Shown piece by piece: positions 47,304 through 57,751 of a stretch of DNA of 64,000 bases. The stretch is taken from the sequence record SRR31156797_878; one strand, 5' to 3'. The translations under genes were made by a program, and so were the position numbers. Under the pieces are notes generated by a model. That model worked only from the letters and a program-made list of their open reading frames with translations, ran no database searches and had not been told where the DNA came from. The stretch's first letter is position 1. Each line of letters starts with the position of its first letter.

Positions 47304-48187
47304 TGACCCAACGAATTTTTTCAACTTCAGCAGTATGGCTGATGGTCGTGATTTTGGCCAATTCCTGTGGAATATTTTCTGGTTCAACCAAATACAAGTT
47401 CACAGAAAACGGTCTGCAATATCGCTTCATCGAACGAAACAAGAAAAACCCACAGCCGGCCATTGGCAAGATTATGTCACTTGATATCACCTATGGTTCA
47501 GCGGATTCAATCTTGTTCAAAAGTAAGGATATGCCCACCGGGCTTTTTAAAGTTCCCATGCTTGAGTCAGCATTTCCGGGAGATTTTTACGAGATGATGA
47601 ATTTGATGCATATCGGCGACAGTTCCCAGTTTGTTTTGAAAGCAGAACCTTTCTTCACAAGAACTGCAGGTTATCCTGAAGTTCCGTCAAATGCCAAAGG
47701 AATCGATAAACTCACCTTTAATGTGCGCCTGGTAAGTGCCATGACAAAAGAGGAACTTGAAGCTGCGAAGGAAGCGGAAAAAGAAGAACTCAGGTTGAAT
47801 GAAGAAGATAGGTTAAAGGCCTATCTTGCTGAAAATAAAATTACCACACAGCCGACTGAATCAGGGTTGTATGTGCTGATTCAAGAAGAAGGGCAGGGTG
47901 ATAAGCCTAAAAAAGGTGATCGTGTGAAAGTTCATTATACCGGGACCCTGTTGGATGGAACAAAATTTGACTCTTCGCATGATCGTGGAAAACCATTCGA
48001 ATTTCCTATTGGACAGGGCCGGGTTATCAAAGGCTGGGATGAAGGTATAGCCACGCTAAAAGTTGGTTCAAAAGCCACTCTGATCATCCCTTCAAGATTG
48101 GGCTATGGTGAGCGGGGGGCAGGAAAAGACATTCCACCTTATGCTCCGCTTATCTTCGAAGTTGAACTACTTGATATCGTGGACTGA
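47303..48187 (+). CDS. FKBP-type PPIase lipoprotein
   Basis: Lipobox ANSC; VHYTGTLLDGTKFDSS...GWDEG. Confidence 0.9.
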   Translation: MTQRIFSTSAVWLMVVILANSCGIFSGSTKYKFTENGLQYRFIERNKKNPQPAIGKIMSLDITYGSADSILFKSKDMPTGLFKVPMLESAFPGDFYEMMNLMHIGDSSQFVLKAEPFFTRTAGYPEVPSNAKGIDKLTFNVRLVSAMTKEELEAAKEAEKEELRLNEEDRLKAYLAENKITTQPTESGLYVLIQEEGQGDKPKKGDRVKVHYTGTLLDGTKFDSSHDRGKPFEFPIGQGRVIKGWDEGIATLKVGSKATLIIPSRLGYGERGAGKDIPPYAPLIFEVELLDIVD

Positions 48188-48266
48188 TTTACATTGCTGT
48201 TTTGAAGTTTAAGCATGTGATTTTTGTAAAAGATTAAAATAAGCTGTTTTCGCTTGCGGAATGAAT

Positions 48267-48305
48267 AAAAAGCCGGATTGAAGCACTGCCTCGGTCCGGC
48301 TTTTT
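48267..48305. terminator. Bidirectional intrinsic terminator
   Basis: AAAAA-GCCGGAT...GTCCGGC-TTTTT between convergent operons. Confidence 0.75.
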
Positions 48306-48420
48306 ATTATTTTATTTTCGTGGACCCGTCCTGTATTCAGGAGCGTTAAAGACGGGAAACCGATAATTTTCGTTACCTGTATCCCTTACAACCCATTAAT
48401 AATTAACGAATAACTGAATT

Positions 48421-49608
48421 CTAAGCAGCACGTTTGGCCCTTTCCCATTTTACGGATTGCTTTCCTTTTAGATACCTGAAGAATCCCGCATACACAGCAT
48501 AATTCATGATGAAAAAATAGTATGGGATAAAGAGTATTTTGACTTTGATTTCCCGGTTTTCGAAATACCATCCGAGCAAGGCTGCAGCATAAAATACAAT
48601 CTGTCCCCAGAATGTCCAGGTGTAGATACTATCAAAGTTGAAGAATCCAATTTGGGTAGACAATATGGAATTAAAAATCAACAAAAGTAAAAGCCCGATG
48701 GGAGCGAGGGTCCAACGCAAAACGCGGTGTGAAATGTATTGGAAGGAAAGTGTTCCGTATTTGAAAAAATTTAACAACTCTTTCAACCTCACGATGGACT
48801 GAATACCACCTGCAGCAATCCTGATCTTTCGTTTTAGTTCTTCCTTTACGTTGGCTGATGAGGACTCTATGGCATAAGCCTCCGGGTCGTACTGGATGGT
48901 GTAGCCTTTTTTGGCTACCCTGAGTGACACGATAAAATCATCAAGTAATGTGTCACCTTCCACATGCTGATAAAGATCAGTGCGGATGGCAAACAATTCG
49001 CCCGCAGCGCCAACTACCGAATACAACTCGGCATCCCACTTTTTGAGTGTGGATTCATATTTCCAGTAAATACCCTCGGTTCCGGCAGCTGTATCGCTGT
49101 CTTTTTCATAAATCCGCTTTTCACCCGACACACACCCAACTTTAGGGTTACTGAACATGTTCACAATTCGGCGAACAGACTCTTTTCCAAGCATGGTATT
49201 TCCATCAGAAAAAATCACGATTGGTGTTTTAACGAATTGCATGCCGCGGTTCATGGCAGCGATCTTACCTGCGCGTTCATCCTTATGATGAACTTCCACA
49301 CCCTCATGTTTTCGAAGCATATCGGGTGTCCCGTCATCGGAACCATCAGTAACCCATACATGTTTTATCTTATCCTGCGGATATTCCATCGACTTGGAGT
49401 TGGCTACTTTATTATCCACATAGTCCTTTTCGTTGTAAGCTGCACAAAACAGCGTAACCTCAGGTTCGTAGGACGGATCAATCTTGCGCTTGCTCAATCC
49501 CAGCATTCGCTTTATCCGAACCAGGAAGAACAGCAAAATGCCGTATCCGATGTAAGCATAGAAAATTATAAACAGAAATACCCAAAATAGAATTGTGATT
49601 GTTGTCAT
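48421..49608 (-). CDS. Membrane GT2 glycosyltransferase (PgaC/IcaA-like)
   Basis: AAYNE, DGSDDGT, GK..AMN, FSDGN and LLDDF; TM helices at both ends. Confidence 0.88.
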   Translation of the reverse strand: MTTITILFWVFLFIIFYAYIGYGILLFFLVRIKRMLGLSKRKIDPSYEPEVTLFCAAYNEKDYVDNKVANSKSMEYPQDKIKHVWVTDGSDDGTPDMLRKHEGVEVHHKDERAGKIAAMNRGMQFVKTPIVIFSDGNTMLGKESVRRIVNMFSNPKVGCVSGEKRIYEKDSDTAAGTEGIYWKYESTLKKWDAELYSVVGAAGELFAIRTDLYQHVEGDTLLDDFIVSLRVAKKGYTIQYDPEAYAIESSSANVKEELKRKIRIAAGGIQSIVRLKELLNFFKYGTLSFQYISHRVLRWTLAPIGLLLLLIFNSILSTQIGFFNFDSIYTWTFWGQIVFYAAALLGWYFENREIKVKILFIPYYFFIMNYAVYAGFFRYLKGKQSVKWERAKRAA

Positions 49609-49654
49609 ATGTGCTATGTTTAATTGAGTTTAAAAATTTTCATCAGATAATTTA

Positions 49655-50683
49655 TTATTTCTTCTTTTTAAGATTGCGTCCGAGAAACAACATCCGGGTT
49701 ACGCCAAATCTGTCCAGTACCATCTCGATTAGAATAGGTAAGAACAGACCCAGGAAAAGAGATATAAAAAATACAAGCACGGTATTGGTAATACCTGTTG
49801 CATGAAGGATGATCCTCCCGCCGGATGTACCAAATGAATGGAACAGATAGATGGTGTAGGCATAACTTCCCATCCTGACCAACCAATGAATTGTAAAGTG
49901 TATCCGAAGACAAATGATTACACCTGTAACACCTATAAGTAATCCCAAACCACCACTCGACGACAACTCATATTGAATAATATCATACCAAATGAGTTGT
50001 TGAATTACCAATCCAGCAACCAATACCAGTGCACAAATCCATACAAATATTTTGTTGTCAAATTGTTTTTTAAACCGTTTAATTCCAACACCGATTACAA
50101 AAAATGGCAACAAATAAATTCCACCTTTAAATCCAAAATAATTGGGTACTGATTCAGGGATGAACAAATCCCTTGCAAAGAGTAAAGCGATACTAATGAC
50201 AAAGAGTACAAACCATCCGGTAAATGTTTCGGCCAGCTTATTGGCATCAACAATTGAAATAATTACGAATACGATAAAGAGTGCCTGCAGGTACCAGTAG
50301 AATGTATATGGAAAAACCAGTATTTGCCAGATATCTTTGAGCTCGTAAGAGAAATTTGTACCCGGAACCAAATACTGAATGATGTAATACATTCCGCCGA
50401 CAAAAACCAACGGCAGCAGAACCCTTCTCACCTTTTTCACATTAAAGCTAAGCAAATTATCACTGGTTGCCGGTCGCAGGGCATAAACCCAACCGGAAAT
50501 TACTGTAAACAAAGGCATACGCAAATACTGGAACGTATAATAAAGGTGCCTCAGGAAAGAATCTTCTTCAACACGCATACCGTTATTGGATTCAGATCCG
50601 ATAACATGTCCCATCACAACCAGGATTATGGCTAAGCCACGAAGGGTTTCAATTGATGTATCCTTCTTTCTGTTCTGGCTCAT
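49655..50683 (-). CDS. Acyltransferase-3 family membrane O-acyltransferase
   Basis: IETLRGLAIILVVMGH, RMPLF..ISG, WYL and YTIYLFH. Confidence 0.88.
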   Translation of the reverse strand: MSQNRKKDTSIETLRGLAIILVVMGHVIGSESNNGMRVEEDSFLRHLYYTFQYLRMPLFTVISGWVYALRPATSDNLLSFNVKKVRRVLLPLVFVGGMYYIIQYLVPGTNFSYELKDIWQILVFPYTFYWYLQALFIVFVIISIVDANKLAETFTGWFVLFVISIALLFARDLFIPESVPNYFGFKGGIYLLPFFVIGVGIKRFKKQFDNKIFVWICALVLVAGLVIQQLIWYDIIQYELSSSGGLGLLIGVTGVIICLRIHFTIHWLVRMGSYAYTIYLFHSFGTSGGRIILHATGITNTVLVFFISLFLGLFLPILIEMVLDRFGVTRMLFLGRNLKKKK

Positions 50684-50715
50684 TATTTTTTGGCTTTATT
50701 TGGTTAAATGACCAA

Positions 50716-51342
50716 TTATTTGGCTCTTGGAACTTTCTCCCATTTTCCGGTTTCATGGTTAAACTGTTTTACAATTCTGGCCGGATTTCCTACAGCAACA
50801 CTAAATGGTGGAATATCTTTGGTAACAACACTTCCCGCTCCAACCTGAACCCGTTTTCCAATTCTGACTCCGGCAACTACCACAGAGTTTGCGCCAATAT
50901 GTGCCTCATCTTCAATAACAGTTGGCCTGATGGTTAATGGCTGCACGCTGGAATTTTTTGATCCGTCTTCATATCCGTGATTAAATCCGGCAACAAAAAC
51001 ATGTTGTCCCAATCCGGAGCCGTGTCCCATGGTAACCGGCCCGATAATCACTGATCCTATACCAACTCTTACCCTGTCGCCAAGTAATACATCACCAGAA
51101 CCATTGTTGATAGTTGTAAAGTCCTCTATAGTAGTAAGTTTCCCAATTTCAAACCTTTTCCATGGAAACACATCAACCCTTGACCGGCGTCTAATTGTGG
51201 CACCCTTTCCTTTTTTATGAAAAAAAGGATTGATGAACAATTTAACATACCATCTTGGTCTTGGATTTCTTTTTGGAGTTATGAGCCATAAAACAAATGA
51301 TTTTGTTTTAGGACTTGATTTTAATTTCGAAATAAAACCCAT
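50716..51342 (-). CDS. Hexapeptide-repeat (LbH) acetyltransferase
   Basis: IGANSVV..GVRIG...VGAGSVVTKDIP.FSVAVGNPAR. Confidence 0.9.
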   Translation of the reverse strand: MGFISKLKSSPKTKSFVLWLITPKRNPRPRWYVKLFINPFFHKKGKGATIRRRSRVDVFPWKRFEIGKLTTIEDFTTINNGSGDVLLGDRVRVGIGSVIIGPVTMGHGSGLGQHVFVAGFNHGYEDGSKNSSVQPLTIRPTVIEDEAHIGANSVVVAGVRIGKRVQVGAGSVVTKDIPPFSVAVGNPARIVKQFNHETGKWEKVPRAK

Positions 51343-51359
51343 AGCTGATCATTTTTGGT

Positions 51360-52556
51360 TTACATCACTTTTTCCAGTGCATTGCCAATTTCAAGCACAT
51401 TGTTTTCCCAGGAATGACTCAAAGCGTATTTTCTCCTTTCCTGCTGTTTTTCAGTACTATCTTCCAGGAGTGCTTTTTCAATGAGGGTTACATAATCTTC
51501 TTTACTTTTTCCCAGATAGGTAAAATCCTCAAAATAAACCATGGCCTCAGTCCAGGTAGCGATGGTTGGTTTTCCCATGGCGAGGTATTCGTCTATTTTT
51601 CTGGGATAGTTCCCAATTGTTGCATCATTCACAATTTGCGGATTAATACAAATATCGAAACCTTTTATATAGGTTGGAAGTGTTTCCGGCTCTCTGCTCT
51701 CAAGAAAATGAATGTTTTCCTGTTTATGGAGTTTTGATGCTTTAAAAACATCATCTTCAGGACCAACTAAAATAACATTCCACTCCTTTCTTGCTTTAGC
51801 TATGTGTGATATAACTTCAATATCAAGACGTCTGTGTGTTAAAAATCCAACATATCCGATAATAGGCTTCCTGAAGGGTTTTAAATCTTCAGCCACTGGA
51901 ATGTCACCTTTCTCATCATTGAATAACGATACATCACATCCCTGCCCAACCATATAAGAATGTGGGTTAAACTTTTTGGCATAGTTGGCATAGTAAATAG
52001 AGTTGGTTGTTACTACATCAGCATTCGAAATAGTGATTGGTTCGAGGCGAACACCATGTCGTGCCCAGTATGGGTTTTTGATAAGGTTATCGCGGATGTA
52101 ATAAATATAATAATCCGGCTCGAGTAATCGCTTTAGATGGTTCCCTAAAAACATTGAACTGTCGTTAAACAATATAAAATTTTTAAACCCCAGCTTATCG
52201 ATGGCCTGCCGGATTTGTCGTGCAAATTTCCCGGCGTTCGATTTGTTGAGATAATCATAGAGAAACGGAATCGGAATCTTATTTATGGATTCGATTACTG
52301 TTCTCGGATTAAGTACAAGCAAGTTCTCCTGGATGGTCATTATATCGGGTTCATCACCACGAAGTACTTTTTCCCTGAACCGTACCTTTTCGGTATTCTT
52401 TTGAGATTTTCGTGTGTATCTGTCAAGTGGTTGGTTCACGTATAGAACCCGGTTATCTTTTGCGAAGGTTTCGGCAATGTTTTTACAGTTACTTCCAATT
52501 TCTATATCCCATGGCTGGATGCCAACCACTACAATATCTCTGTTTTCTATTTTCAT
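51360..52556 (-). CDS. GT4-like (GT-B) glycosyltransferase
   Basis: IGYVG, LVGP and YPRKIDEYLAMGKP. Confidence 0.85.
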   Translation of the reverse strand: MKIENRDIVVVGIQPWDIEIGSNCKNIAETFAKDNRVLYVNQPLDRYTRKSQKNTEKVRFREKVLRGDEPDIMTIQENLLVLNPRTVIESINKIPIPFLYDYLNKSNAGKFARQIRQAIDKLGFKNFILFNDSSMFLGNHLKRLLEPDYYIYYIRDNLIKNPYWARHGVRLEPITISNADVVTTNSIYYANYAKKFNPHSYMVGQGCDVSLFNDEKGDIPVAEDLKPFRKPIIGYVGFLTHRRLDIEVISHIAKARKEWNVILVGPEDDVFKASKLHKQENIHFLESREPETLPTYIKGFDICINPQIVNDATIGNYPRKIDEYLAMGKPTIATWTEAMVYFEDFTYLGKSKEDYVTLIEKALLEDSTEKQQERRKYALSHSWENNVLEIGNALEKVM

Positions 52557-53722
52557 TTTACCTCCTGTTTCATTTTATCATACAATTGTTTATATACTTC
52601 AAGCACATTTGCCGCCATTGTTACCCATGAGAACTTATCTGCTTGTTTAAAACCCTCGTTTACCAATTTATTCCTGTCAGCGGTTCCTTCAGCCAGCCTG
52701 ATCATGGCATCGCAGATTTCTCCCGGATTATACGGATCCACCAAAACAGCCTTTCCTCCGGAAACTTCAGGCATTGATGATGTGGTTGAAGTGATTACCG
52801 GTACACCGCATTTCATGGCTTCAATTATGGGTATCCCAAAACTTTCTCTCAGTGATGGATAAAGAAAAAACTCGCTTTGACTTAAAATGGCCGGAAGGTC
52901 GGTATTGACGATGTAACCCGGAAGGTGTATGTGCTTCTCCAGGGCAGGGTGCCCGACATCGTTCAACAATTTGCGCAAACTGGTTTTATTAAAATCTGTC
53001 ATAACCAGTTTAAATAAGGGTTTCCCACGATATATCATTTCCGAAAAAGCCTTAACCACACCGGTTACATTTTTCTTTGGCGCGGTATTGCCAAAAAACA
53101 GCACAAATTTATCAGGAAGGTTGTATTGTACCTTAACCCGCTGCAGTTGTTTTTCATCCTTAACCGGTTTAAAATGCTCACTAACACCATTGTAAACCAC
53201 CTTTACCTTATTGGGCTGGCTTTCCTGCCAAAAATGATTGTTGATTCTTTTTTTCTCGTAATTCGAAACGGTAATAATCTTATCAGCCCTGCCTACAACA
53301 CGTTTAACAATGAATTTCCTGTAAATATTTCCGAACCGTTGGTAATTCGAAGCTGGACTAAAGAGTATTTCCAGGTAAGTCTTCTCGAGATAGATTATAT
53401 CATGCAAAGTGATCAACAAAGGCATTTTTGGATTCAAAGGGGCCGTATTGCTTGTACAATGTAATATTTCGCAACCATCTTTTTTGGCAGCTGCCGGAAG
53501 TAAGAACTGTTCCCACATCGAAAATGAAGCCCCTTCAAGTTCAACAATATGAAAGTTATCCGTTGAATGGATGCATTCACTGTCAGTATCCGGACGCACG
53601 TAAATAAAATACTCATTCTCATGATCGATTTTTTGGAGTTCCCTGATCAACTCCAGGGTTACAATCTCCATTCCGTGCTTTTTTTGCCGAAACAGTCTTT
53701 GAGCTTCTATTCCTATTTTCAT
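52553..53722 (-). CDS. GT4 glycosyltransferase
   Basis: TLHD, VYNGV, KKN and PSLRESFGIPIIEAM (EX7E). Confidence 0.9.
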   Translation of the reverse strand: MKIGIEAQRLFRQKKHGMEIVTLELIRELQKIDHENEYFIYVRPDTDSECIHSTDNFHIVELEGASFSMWEQFLLPAAAKKDGCEILHCTSNTAPLNPKMPLLITLHDIIYLEKTYLEILFSPASNYQRFGNIYRKFIVKRVVGRADKIITVSNYEKKRINNHFWQESQPNKVKVVYNGVSEHFKPVKDEKQLQRVKVQYNLPDKFVLFFGNTAPKKNVTGVVKAFSEMIYRGKPLFKLVMTDFNKTSLRKLLNDVGHPALEKHIHLPGYIVNTDLPAILSQSEFFLYPSLRESFGIPIIEAMKCGVPVITSTTSSMPEVSGGKAVLVDPYNPGEICDAMIRLAEGTADRNKLVNEGFKQADKFSWVTMAANVLEVYKQLYDKMKQEVK

Positions 53723-53749
53723 CCGTTTGCCCTAAAATTACTAATTCAT

Positions 53750-55591
53750 CTACAAATAGTCCTGCAAATTCTCTGATGATTTGTTGTTGAAATGTTCATC
53801 CCACCATACAGTTAATACCAGCAAATTAAATAGCCTGAAATCCATGCTCTGCTGATGCCAGAACCAGGTTTGTGGATTTTGAAACGTTTTCTCATAATTC
53901 AAAAGAAATTCCTCAAGCCTGATTTTATTCAAAATTTCAGCATATAATTTTGATTTTCTGATGATATCATAAATTCGATTCCTACGGTCGTCATCCTTAA
54001 AAAATATATTGAGCGGAGCAAAACCTCCCTGCTTTTTGCGATGCGTGATCTCACGTGGTAATTTTGGCTCCAGATAATGTTTGTGCAAATACTTACCAAC
54101 ACCATGGCCCTTTGCAATTTCCATTTCAGTACCCGAAAAACGAAATTCTCTGGGAAGCTTAAAAATGAATTCGATGCTGTCTTTATCCATGTAAGGAAAG
54201 CTCAGATGCTGATTGAAAAGCCTGGCCATATTTGAGGCTTTAAATATGATCAGGTTGTTACCATCGTGCATATAATCCTTAAAGTATGTGTGGGCTTTAA
54301 ACAGATCATCAAAGCTGTTAGCCTTAACACCATGGATTTTTAGTGCATCAGTAATAAAATTATCAGGCTTTGTATTTAAAAGGTTATCGATCTCCTTTTT
54401 CGAAAAACCAAATGAAGTATAATTGGAGCAGTTCAATATCCTGTTGTTGTGGAAATGTACCCTGGAAAATAATTTATTATTCGATCCTGCTACCACACCT
54501 GATAAAATACTTTGAATTGGCGACAGGGCAAACTTGCGGGTGTAATGATGCAATGCGATTTGTTGCACGGCTGTTCCGTAAACCTGATCATTACCGTCCC
54601 CACCAAGTATTACATCATTGTCGTCCTGTTTTACCCGCTTCATAACGCAATAGTTTACCATCACCCCGTTTTCCTGGAAAGGATGTCCAAGAAAAGAGAG
54701 GATCTTTGGCAGTTCATCTATCTCTGATCCGTCAATTTCGTAATCAGTAAAATTTATATTAAATCGCTCTGCAAGCAGGCGGGCCAGGGGTAGCTCCGAC
54801 CAGGCGTCGTTTTTAAAACCAATGGAATAACCATTAACTTCATTATCATACATGCCTCTTAAAGCTGCAACATTTCCACCTGAGTCGTAGCCACCACTCA
54901 TGAGCAAGGCAACTTTGTTTTTGTTGGCTATTCGGCGTTTAATGGCTTCAAGATGCAACCTTTCCAACTCGTCTGTGGCTTCTTTTTCATCCATCTTTAG
55001 GCTTGAATACAGTTTCTCATATTTAGAATAGGGCAACAGAGCCCCGGTTTTTAAATTGTAATCTTTGTATGAGAGGTATTCGCCCGGAGCAAGCATCTTC
55101 ACACCCTTAATCAGCGTTTCGGGTGCAAGTGGAGTTCCAAGGTGTAAAAATCTGGCCAGTCCGTTTTCATCCAGATTAAAATCAAAACCATCTATCTTTT
55201 TGAAGTCATCGATATTGTTGCTAAAAAAGCTTTCTGAATAATACACCGGCAAGCCAGCACCAATGGCATCACGACCAATAACGAATTGATCCTGCTTGCG
55301 AATTATATATGTAAACTCTCCATAAAATTCGGCCACGCCATCAAAACCATTGATATTAAAAGCCTTAAACAATAATTCAGCGGGATTTTCCGATGGCTTA
55401 AGTTCCAAATCATTGGAAGTTTTGGACAGATCGTAAAAATTACCCCAGGCCATACAAAATTCTTTTCCATCCAGAAAACTGTATCCTCCTTCTACATGAA
55501 TTATTTGAGGGAGGTCACTGTTTTTAAAATCTGTGACTCCTTTATTTTCTATACCCTTTTGATTGAAAGCCCCAAAAAAATATGTTTTCAT
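53750..55591 (-). CDS. Asparagine synthetase-like ATP pyrophosphatase/amidoligase
   Basis: GRD..G..P.YY, LMSGGYDS, GGDGNDQ, FPYMD and RKKQGG; no N-terminal Cys. Confidence 0.8.
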   Translation of the reverse strand: MKTYFFGAFNQKGIENKGVTDFKNSDLPQIIHVEGGYSFLDGKEFCMAWGNFYDLSKTSNDLELKPSENPAELLFKAFNINGFDGVAEFYGEFTYIIRKQDQFVIGRDAIGAGLPVYYSESFFSNNIDDFKKIDGFDFNLDENGLARFLHLGTPLAPETLIKGVKMLAPGEYLSYKDYNLKTGALLPYSKYEKLYSSLKMDEKEATDELERLHLEAIKRRIANKNKVALLMSGGYDSGGNVAALRGMYDNEVNGYSIGFKNDAWSELPLARLLAERFNINFTDYEIDGSEIDELPKILSFLGHPFQENGVMVNYCVMKRVKQDDNDVILGGDGNDQVYGTAVQQIALHHYTRKFALSPIQSILSGVVAGSNNKLFSRVHFHNNRILNCSNYTSFGFSKKEIDNLLNTKPDNFITDALKIHGVKANSFDDLFKAHTYFKDYMHDGNNLIIFKASNMARLFNQHLSFPYMDKDSIEFIFKLPREFRFSGTEMEIAKGHGVGKYLHKHYLEPKLPREITHRKKQGGFAPLNIFFKDDDRRNRIYDIIRKSKLYAEILNKIRLEEFLLNYEKTFQNPQTWFWHQQSMDFRLFNLLVLTVWWDEHFNNKSSENLQDYL

Positions 55592-55609
55592 ATGCTCATG
55601 TATTGATTT

Positions 55610-56806
55610 TTATTTTTTTGAATCTACAGTATGTGAATGTGTAGTATGGATAAAAGTTTTATTTGCGCCTTTGATTTTCAGCAAAGAACTAACCATTAAA
55701 AAGAAAATTTTTGGAATGCCTAAAATTGCATTGAACAATTGTTTGTTCCAGTATTTGCCAGGAATTGATATAAACATTGAAAGGCTCACCATAACCAGCA
55801 GGGTAACCCAGTAAACCATGTATGCATCCCGGATGAAGATTAATGAAATCAAGCCCAGAATCCAGGACATCCCTAAAAGCAGTACCCTTGGTGGCTGCAT
55901 TTGCTGGAAAGATTTAAAGAAGAAATCTAAATTACCTTTTGTGATCAATGCACCTATTGCAGGGCCGATTGACCTCCTGAAGTAGACTGCCTGAGCTGCA
56001 AGCCATCGCCTTCGCTGATTGCTGAAGTTTTTGGTTTCACTAACTTTTTCATCCAGAATGTATGCATCAGGAAGGTATTCCATTTTAACACCTGCCTGGG
56101 TAAGCTTCAATTCAATTTCCTTATCAAACCCGCCAATGGCCTGTACACCCGACATAAGCTTTTTAAAGAAGTTATACTCGAATGCCATTCCGGAGCCTAT
56201 GAGACCGGAGGATAATCCGAGAACACGGTGTCCCTGCCTGAACAGGTGATTATTAATTTCTTCACTGATGGCGTCGAGTAGCGCCATGGTGTTGTTGGTG
56301 TTTTTGGCGCACCTGTGTCCCTGCACCACTCTGAAACCCCTGGCAAATGCATGATTCATTTTTTCGAGTAGCTCTTTGTCCATCAGGTTATCGGCATCGA
56401 GCACCAGGGCCACATCATAATAGTTCTCAGGTAAAATCGACATAGCCTTGTTGAGTGCTTTAGCTTTGGTACTTTTATCAAATGATACCTCGACTACTTT
56501 TATAGGCAGCTTTTTGAGCTCATTGATTGTTTCCTCCTGAAAAGAGTCTGCAATTATCACAACATCAAACAGGTCCTGCGGGTATTTTTGATTTACCGCA
56601 TCCTCGGCCACATGAACGATCACGGCATCTTCCTTATATCCCGGAATAAGTACGGCAAATTTTCTTTTCTTATCTTCCGGGTTCTCCGGAATCTTTCTTT
56701 TAACATTGCCTGCCAACGAAAGTGTAAATGTGTACAATGCACTGGCACCAAGATAAACCAGCAGAATTACTTGGAGTATATTAAATATGATTAATAAAAT
56801 TTCCAT
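55610..56806 (-). CDS. Membrane GT2 glycosyltransferase with QxxRW motif
   Basis: IPGYKE, K.KALN, LDAD and QRRRW. Confidence 0.88.
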   Translation of the reverse strand: MEILLIIFNILQVILLVYLGASALYTFTLSLAGNVKRKIPENPEDKKRKFAVLIPGYKEDAVIVHVAEDAVNQKYPQDLFDVVIIADSFQEETINELKKLPIKVVEVSFDKSTKAKALNKAMSILPENYYDVALVLDADNLMDKELLEKMNHAFARGFRVVQGHRCAKNTNNTMALLDAISEEINNHLFRQGHRVLGLSSGLIGSGMAFEYNFFKKLMSGVQAIGGFDKEIELKLTQAGVKMEYLPDAYILDEKVSETKNFSNQRRRWLAAQAVYFRRSIGPAIGALITKGNLDFFFKSFQQMQPPRVLLLGMSWILGLISLIFIRDAYMVYWVTLLVMVSLSMFISIPGKYWNKQLFNAILGIPKIFFLMVSSLLKIKGANKTFIHTTHSHTVDSKK

Positions 56807-56830
56807 AGCTCATATATTTAGTGTTGTAGA

Positions 56831-57751
56831 TTATAATGTTGGATTATGATAGATTTTGTTGTTAAATATGTTTATGATATTCCAGCCAATGGCTCTCATG
56901 TAAGCCCTGAACAAGTTAAATTTGCCGCTAAACAAGTACATCAATGCATTTTTTGGAATCGCAACCAGATTTTGATATAGAAATGCAATAAACAGGTTGA
57001 AACCACTTACATTACGGCGCATATATATAATTCTGGCACGGTTCATATAATATACTTTCAGTGGGCTGCCTTTTCCGGTGGCAATTGATTCTTTGTGATA
57101 AATTACTGAATCGTTTACATAAAAAATTTTGTATCCGGCATTTCTGATTCTTTGCCCCCAGTCCATCTCTTCGTAATACAGAAAAAATTCTTCGCACATC
57201 AGCCCCACTTCTTCAATTACTTTCCGCGGCACTATCATGGCAGCTCCGTGCGCGAATGAAGATTCCCTGTCCTGGTTAAACTGCCCTTTATCTATTTTTC
57301 TAAAACCCCAACCCGTGCTTCTTGTGGTGTATTTATTTATGTCGGAAATGCCGGCAAACTGTAACATATTTGGTGTGTGGTGATAATAAATTCTTGGCGA
57401 TACAGCTCCAATGCCGGGGGTATCCCTAAACTTTTTAATCAGAGGTTCCAGAAAACCAGGTGTTACTTCTGTGTCGTTGTTCAACAAAAAAATATACTCC
57501 CCTTTGGCTTCCCTGATTCCCAGATTGTTTCCTCCGGCAAAGCCCAGGTTTTTATCACTTTTAAAAAGCCTGATATGTGGGAAATCGTTTTGTAGCTGGC
57601 CAACATCACCTTTGGTCGAGGCATTATCAACTATGATGATCTCAATGTTTGGATAAGTGATCTCATCCAGAGATTTGATCATATCAGCAGTAACGTCCGG
57701 AGCATTGAAGTTGATTGAAATAATTGAAACCAAAGGTTGTGCTGTTTCCAT
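56831..57751 (-). CDS. Soluble GT2 glycosyltransferase
   Basis: VDNAS, NLGFAGGNN, LLNND and FFLYYEE.DW. Confidence 0.9.
   Translation of the reverse strand: METAQPLVSIISINFNAPDVTADMIKSLDEITYPNIEIIIVDNASTKGDVGQLQNDFPHIRLFKSDKNLGFAGGNNLGIREAKGEYIFLLNNDTEVTPGFLEPLIKKFRDTPGIGAVSPRIYYHHTPNMLQFAGISDINKYTTRSTGWGFRKIDKGQFNQDRESSFAHGAAMIVPRKVIEEVGLMCEEFFLYYEEMDWGQRIRNAGYKIFYVNDSVIYHKESIATGKGSPLKVYYMNRARIIYMRRNVSGFNLFIAFLYQNLVAIPKNALMYLFSGKFNLFRAYMRAIGWNIINIFNNKIYHNPTL

Noticed and set aside
49412-49420. Perfect DnaA box TTATCCACA
   Set aside because: Single copy inside a coding sequence; compatible with chance.
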